A stretch of DNA of 35,920 nt from a virus (Duplodnaviria; Caudoviricetes): positions 1 to 35,920 of the IMG/VR virus record IMGVR_UViG_3300037522_000142, one strand, 5' to 3'. The notes beneath the pieces are model-generated. The model was given only the letters and a program-made list of their open reading frames with translations. It ran no database searches and was not told where the DNA came from. Each line of letters begins with the position of its first letter. Position 1 is the first letter of the stretch. Made by a program: the position numbers and the translations under genes. Positions 33,772 to 35,920 of the stretch are shown piece by piece.

Positions 33772-34132
33772 GGCGTCTCCTCGGTGCCGTCGACCTGGTG
33801 GGAACGGGCTCGTCTCGCTGTGAGGATGATCGAGACGACCCGGCGAACGGCTTCGTCGGAGAGCTCGGGTGGGTGCGCTTCCTCTATCCGATATCGACTC
33901 ATCGCCCATACCGGATAGAGGAGTGCGTGCTCTGTTCGCGACATCGACGGCTGACGGTCAGGGTGAATAGCCCGCATTGGCTCACCCCGACGCTTACCGC
34001 GGCGCTCAAGGCACGGGTCGCCCACAGCAGCTCCACACGACGGGCATTCCACACTGTGTTCGTAGTCCGCCACGGCCACGGCTTCTTCAGGATCGGCGAA
34101 CATGGAGTTCATGGGGTCTCCTCGGTGCCGTC
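33767..34132. repeat. 25-bp direct repeat pair (33767-33791, 34108-34132)
   Basis: TTCATGG(C/G)GTCTCCTCGGTGCCGTC; both copies encode DGTEETP-stop plus the next start. Confidence 0.9.
33768..34112 (-). CDS. Zinc-finger protein
   Basis: CPSCGA..GDPC...HPDR. Confidence 0.7.
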   Translation of the reverse strand: MNSMFADPEEAVAVADYEHSVECPSCGAAVGDPCLERRGKRRGEPMRAIHPDRQPSMSRTEHALLYPVWAMSRYRIEEAHPPELSDEAVRRVVSIILTARRARSHQVDGTEETP

Positions 34133-34393
34133 AGCCGGCTCTACCCGGCCGCCCAGGCGAGCCTTGAAGTAGGCGACCGGGTCGAGCCGGCCGCCCTCGA
34201 GTTCGGTGAGAGCCGCCCTGATCATTCGTATCCGGCTCTGACCGGACGACCCGCCGTCTGGTAACACGCGGACCGCCCGGCCGTCAGGGAAGACCACCAG
34301 ATGGCCCCCCTCCGAAGAGTCCTTGGACCGCAGGTAGCGGACCCGGGCACCCGCCGGGAGGCTTCGACTCGCGCCGTAGGCTTTCCAGGTCAT
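34109..34393 (-). CDS. Hypothetical protein
   Basis: ATGA overlaps. Confidence 0.6.
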   Translation of the reverse strand: MTWKAYGASRSLPAGARVRYLRSKDSSEGGHLVVFPDGRAVRVLPDGGSSGQSRIRMIRAALTELEGGRLDPVAYFKARLGGRVEPADGTEETP

Positions 34394-34572
34394 AGGGCCG
34401 TCCAATCAACCGACTGACGGGGATCGGTGGAGAACTCCCGCATCGACAGACCCGCCCGCCGGCCGGCCATGTAACGACGGCCGTATGCGCGGTTCTGCGC
34501 GGCGCATGCAGAGCAGTGGCAGCCCCTCACATACCCGCCCCGAGACGGCAGACGCGCGAAACGGTGTCTCAC
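34390..34572 (-). CDS. Small Cys-rich protein (GY.RGCHC..C)
   Basis: Motif recurrent in actinophage early proteins; start uncertain. Confidence 0.55.
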   Translation of the reverse strand: MRHRFARLPSRGGYVRGCHCSACAAQNRAYGRRYMAGRRAGLSMREFSTDPRQSVDWTAL

Positions 34573-34577
34573 GACGT

Positions 34578-35000
34578 CTAGTCCTCCACCATGCGGATCA
34601 GGTCGGCCTGCTCGCGGGTCCGACGCACCGCCCATTTGCCGGGAGCGAGGGCGACGGCGCCGTGCTCGGCGTGGAGCACGTGCACCGGCTCGGCGACGTC
34701 GAGGACGGCGATGGTCAGCGCCTCCGAATCGGCCAGCCGCCGGGCGATACGGCAGGCCCCGGGTCCTGCGACGAGGACATGGGCGTGGACGCCTTCGACA
34801 AGCGGGACCTCCTTGGTGACCGGTTCCCATTCGACGGGCACGACAACCCCGTTCTCGGCGGCGAGGGCCATGGGGATGAACATCACGTCGCCTTGGGCGA
34901 CGAGCCCGTCGGAGACGGGAATGTCCAGGTCCGCCCAGGCGTCGAGGACATGGGGATAGACATCGATCTTCGCTCTGTCAGCCAGCTCACTCAGCAGCAT
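34578..35000 (-). CDS. DUF6745-associated protein (QGDV...HxH...HxEH)
   Basis: AQGDVMFIP, EGVHAHVL and HAEHGAVALAPGKWAVRRTRE. Confidence 0.8.
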   Translation of the reverse strand: MLLSELADRAKIDVYPHVLDAWADLDIPVSDGLVAQGDVMFIPMALAAENGVVVPVEWEPVTKEVPLVEGVHAHVLVAGPGACRIARRLADSEALTIAVLDVAEPVHVLHAEHGAVALAPGKWAVRRTREQADLIRMVED

Positions 35001-35013
35001 CTGCAGTTCCCTT

Positions 35014-35920
35014 TCATGTGCGTCGGGTCAAAGCGGCGTAGTCGTCTCGTCGGAGCCCGACACGCCACGCCGCGGCCGTCACCGGGTCCGAGATCTCAGA
35101 AGGCACCGTCTCGACGTACCGGCGACGGGTGCCGTCACGTTCCACCGAACCGTTCGTCATCAACAGCAGCCGCACCCCCGACGGGTATAGGCCCTCAGGA
35201 GGGTCGAAGAGGAGCAGCTCATGCGGCGCGTTTCCCGGATCCGGAGCATCCGCAACCGGTATCAACCCAGCCTGCGCGATCCACCGATCCCACCCATACG
35301 ATTCGATGCCCGCTCGGCGAATCTCGGCGTTAGGTTCGTTGGCGATCAACTCCAAGGTGGGCTGCTCGCCGACCCATGAGGGGACGTTGAGGCCATGCCA
35401 GAACCACAGACCGAAGCCGTCCCGGAATCGGATCGACGGACCGTCCTCCCGATGCAGCCTCCGGCGTCCGACGATCGTCTCCAAGTGGATCGCTTCCGGG
35501 GTGTCGCAGGCCATGACGAACTCCCGGTGCGGCCACCACCACCCGGCACCGTTGGCGTCCTGATAGGCGCCGAGCCGGTCCCACAGGTCGCCCTCGAGAT
35601 CCAATCCGGCGACGTCCCGGTAGAAGGTGCGCCACCCAAGCCACCCAGCCCACCACCGGCCACCGTTGTACTGGTACCAAGATTGGCGGACCGCCGAGCG
35701 GACCGCCGAGTGGACCGCCGAGTCGACCGCCGAGCCGACCGCCGAGCCGACCGCCGAGCCGACCGCCGAGCCGACCGCCAAGCGAACCGCCGAGCCGACC
35801 GCCAAGCCGACCGCCGAGTCGACCGCCGAGTCGACCGCCGAGTCGACCGCCGAGCCGACCGCCGAGCCGACCGCCGAGTCGACCGCCGAGTGGACCGCCG
35901 AGCCGACCGCCGAGCCGACC
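35014..35920 (-). CDS. DUF6745-like protein, repeat and C-terminal domain
   Basis: GWWWP, RLHREDGPSIRFRDGFGLWFWHG, NAEIRR, NGSVERDGTRRRY and VP...AAAW. Confidence 0.85.
   Translation of the reverse strand, partial: VGSAVGSAVHSAVDSAVGSAVGSAVDSAVDSAVDSAVGLAVGSAVRLAVGSAVGSAVGSAVGSAVDSAVHSAVRSAVRQSWYQYNGGRWWAGWLGWRTFYRDVAGLDLEGDLWDRLGAYQDANGAGWWWPHREFVMACDTPEAIHLETIVGRRRLHREDGPSIRFRDGFGLWFWHGLNVPSWVGEQPTLELIANEPNAEIRRAGIESYGWDRWIAQAGLIPVADAPDPGNAPHELLLFDPPEGLYPSGVRLLLMTNGSVERDGTRRRYVETVPSEISDPVTAAAWRVGLRRDDYAALTRRT
35686..35920. repeat. 12-bp tandem repeat, ~19.5 units (continuous with 1-191)
   Basis: Directly visible. Confidence 0.98.

Larger units (their letters stand above)
1..35920. mobile_element. 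Near-complete temperate siphovirus (actinobacterial host), circularly permuted
   Basis: Immunity, integrase, replication, packaging, head, tail and lysis modules are all present. Both ends lie in the same 12-bp repeat and one ORF continues in frame across the junction (437+907 nt = 448 codons). Confidence 0.93.

Overview
The window looks like an essentially complete ~35.9 kb temperate, high-GC actinobacterial siphovirus genome (WhiB gene, actinophage-type structural genes). It is opened inside a 12-bp tandem repeat of a DUF6745-like gene that reads in frame across the two ends. Almost all genes are on the minus strand and coupled by ATGA/GTGA/TGATG overlaps. Transcription order: cro/xis (3350) -> early genes (zincin, WhiB, amidase, DUF6745 plus partner) -> replication initiator with iterons and a helicase-loader-like gene -> a repeat-delimited accessory island with a PAPS-reductase-like gene -> HerA/DUF87 ATPase -> a promoter with a palindromic operator -> a structured non-coding region with an atypical tRNA(CAT) -> HNH, terminase, portal, Clp protease, HK97 capsid, neck and tail genes -> membrane proteins, a metallophosphoesterase and a holin. 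Only the repressor, a short tyrosine integrase and a zinc-ribbon membrane protein are on the plus strand. The most notable features are: (1) a probable integration-dependent immunity switch; (2) a ~480-nt candidate structured RNA containing a non-canonical initiator-like tRNA; (3) an endolysin-type amidase sitting in the early operon, coupled to a repeat-bearing DUF6745 two-gene module; and (4) 25-bp gene-junction repeats that define gene cassettes. All family assignments come from reading motifs by eye; no database searches were run.
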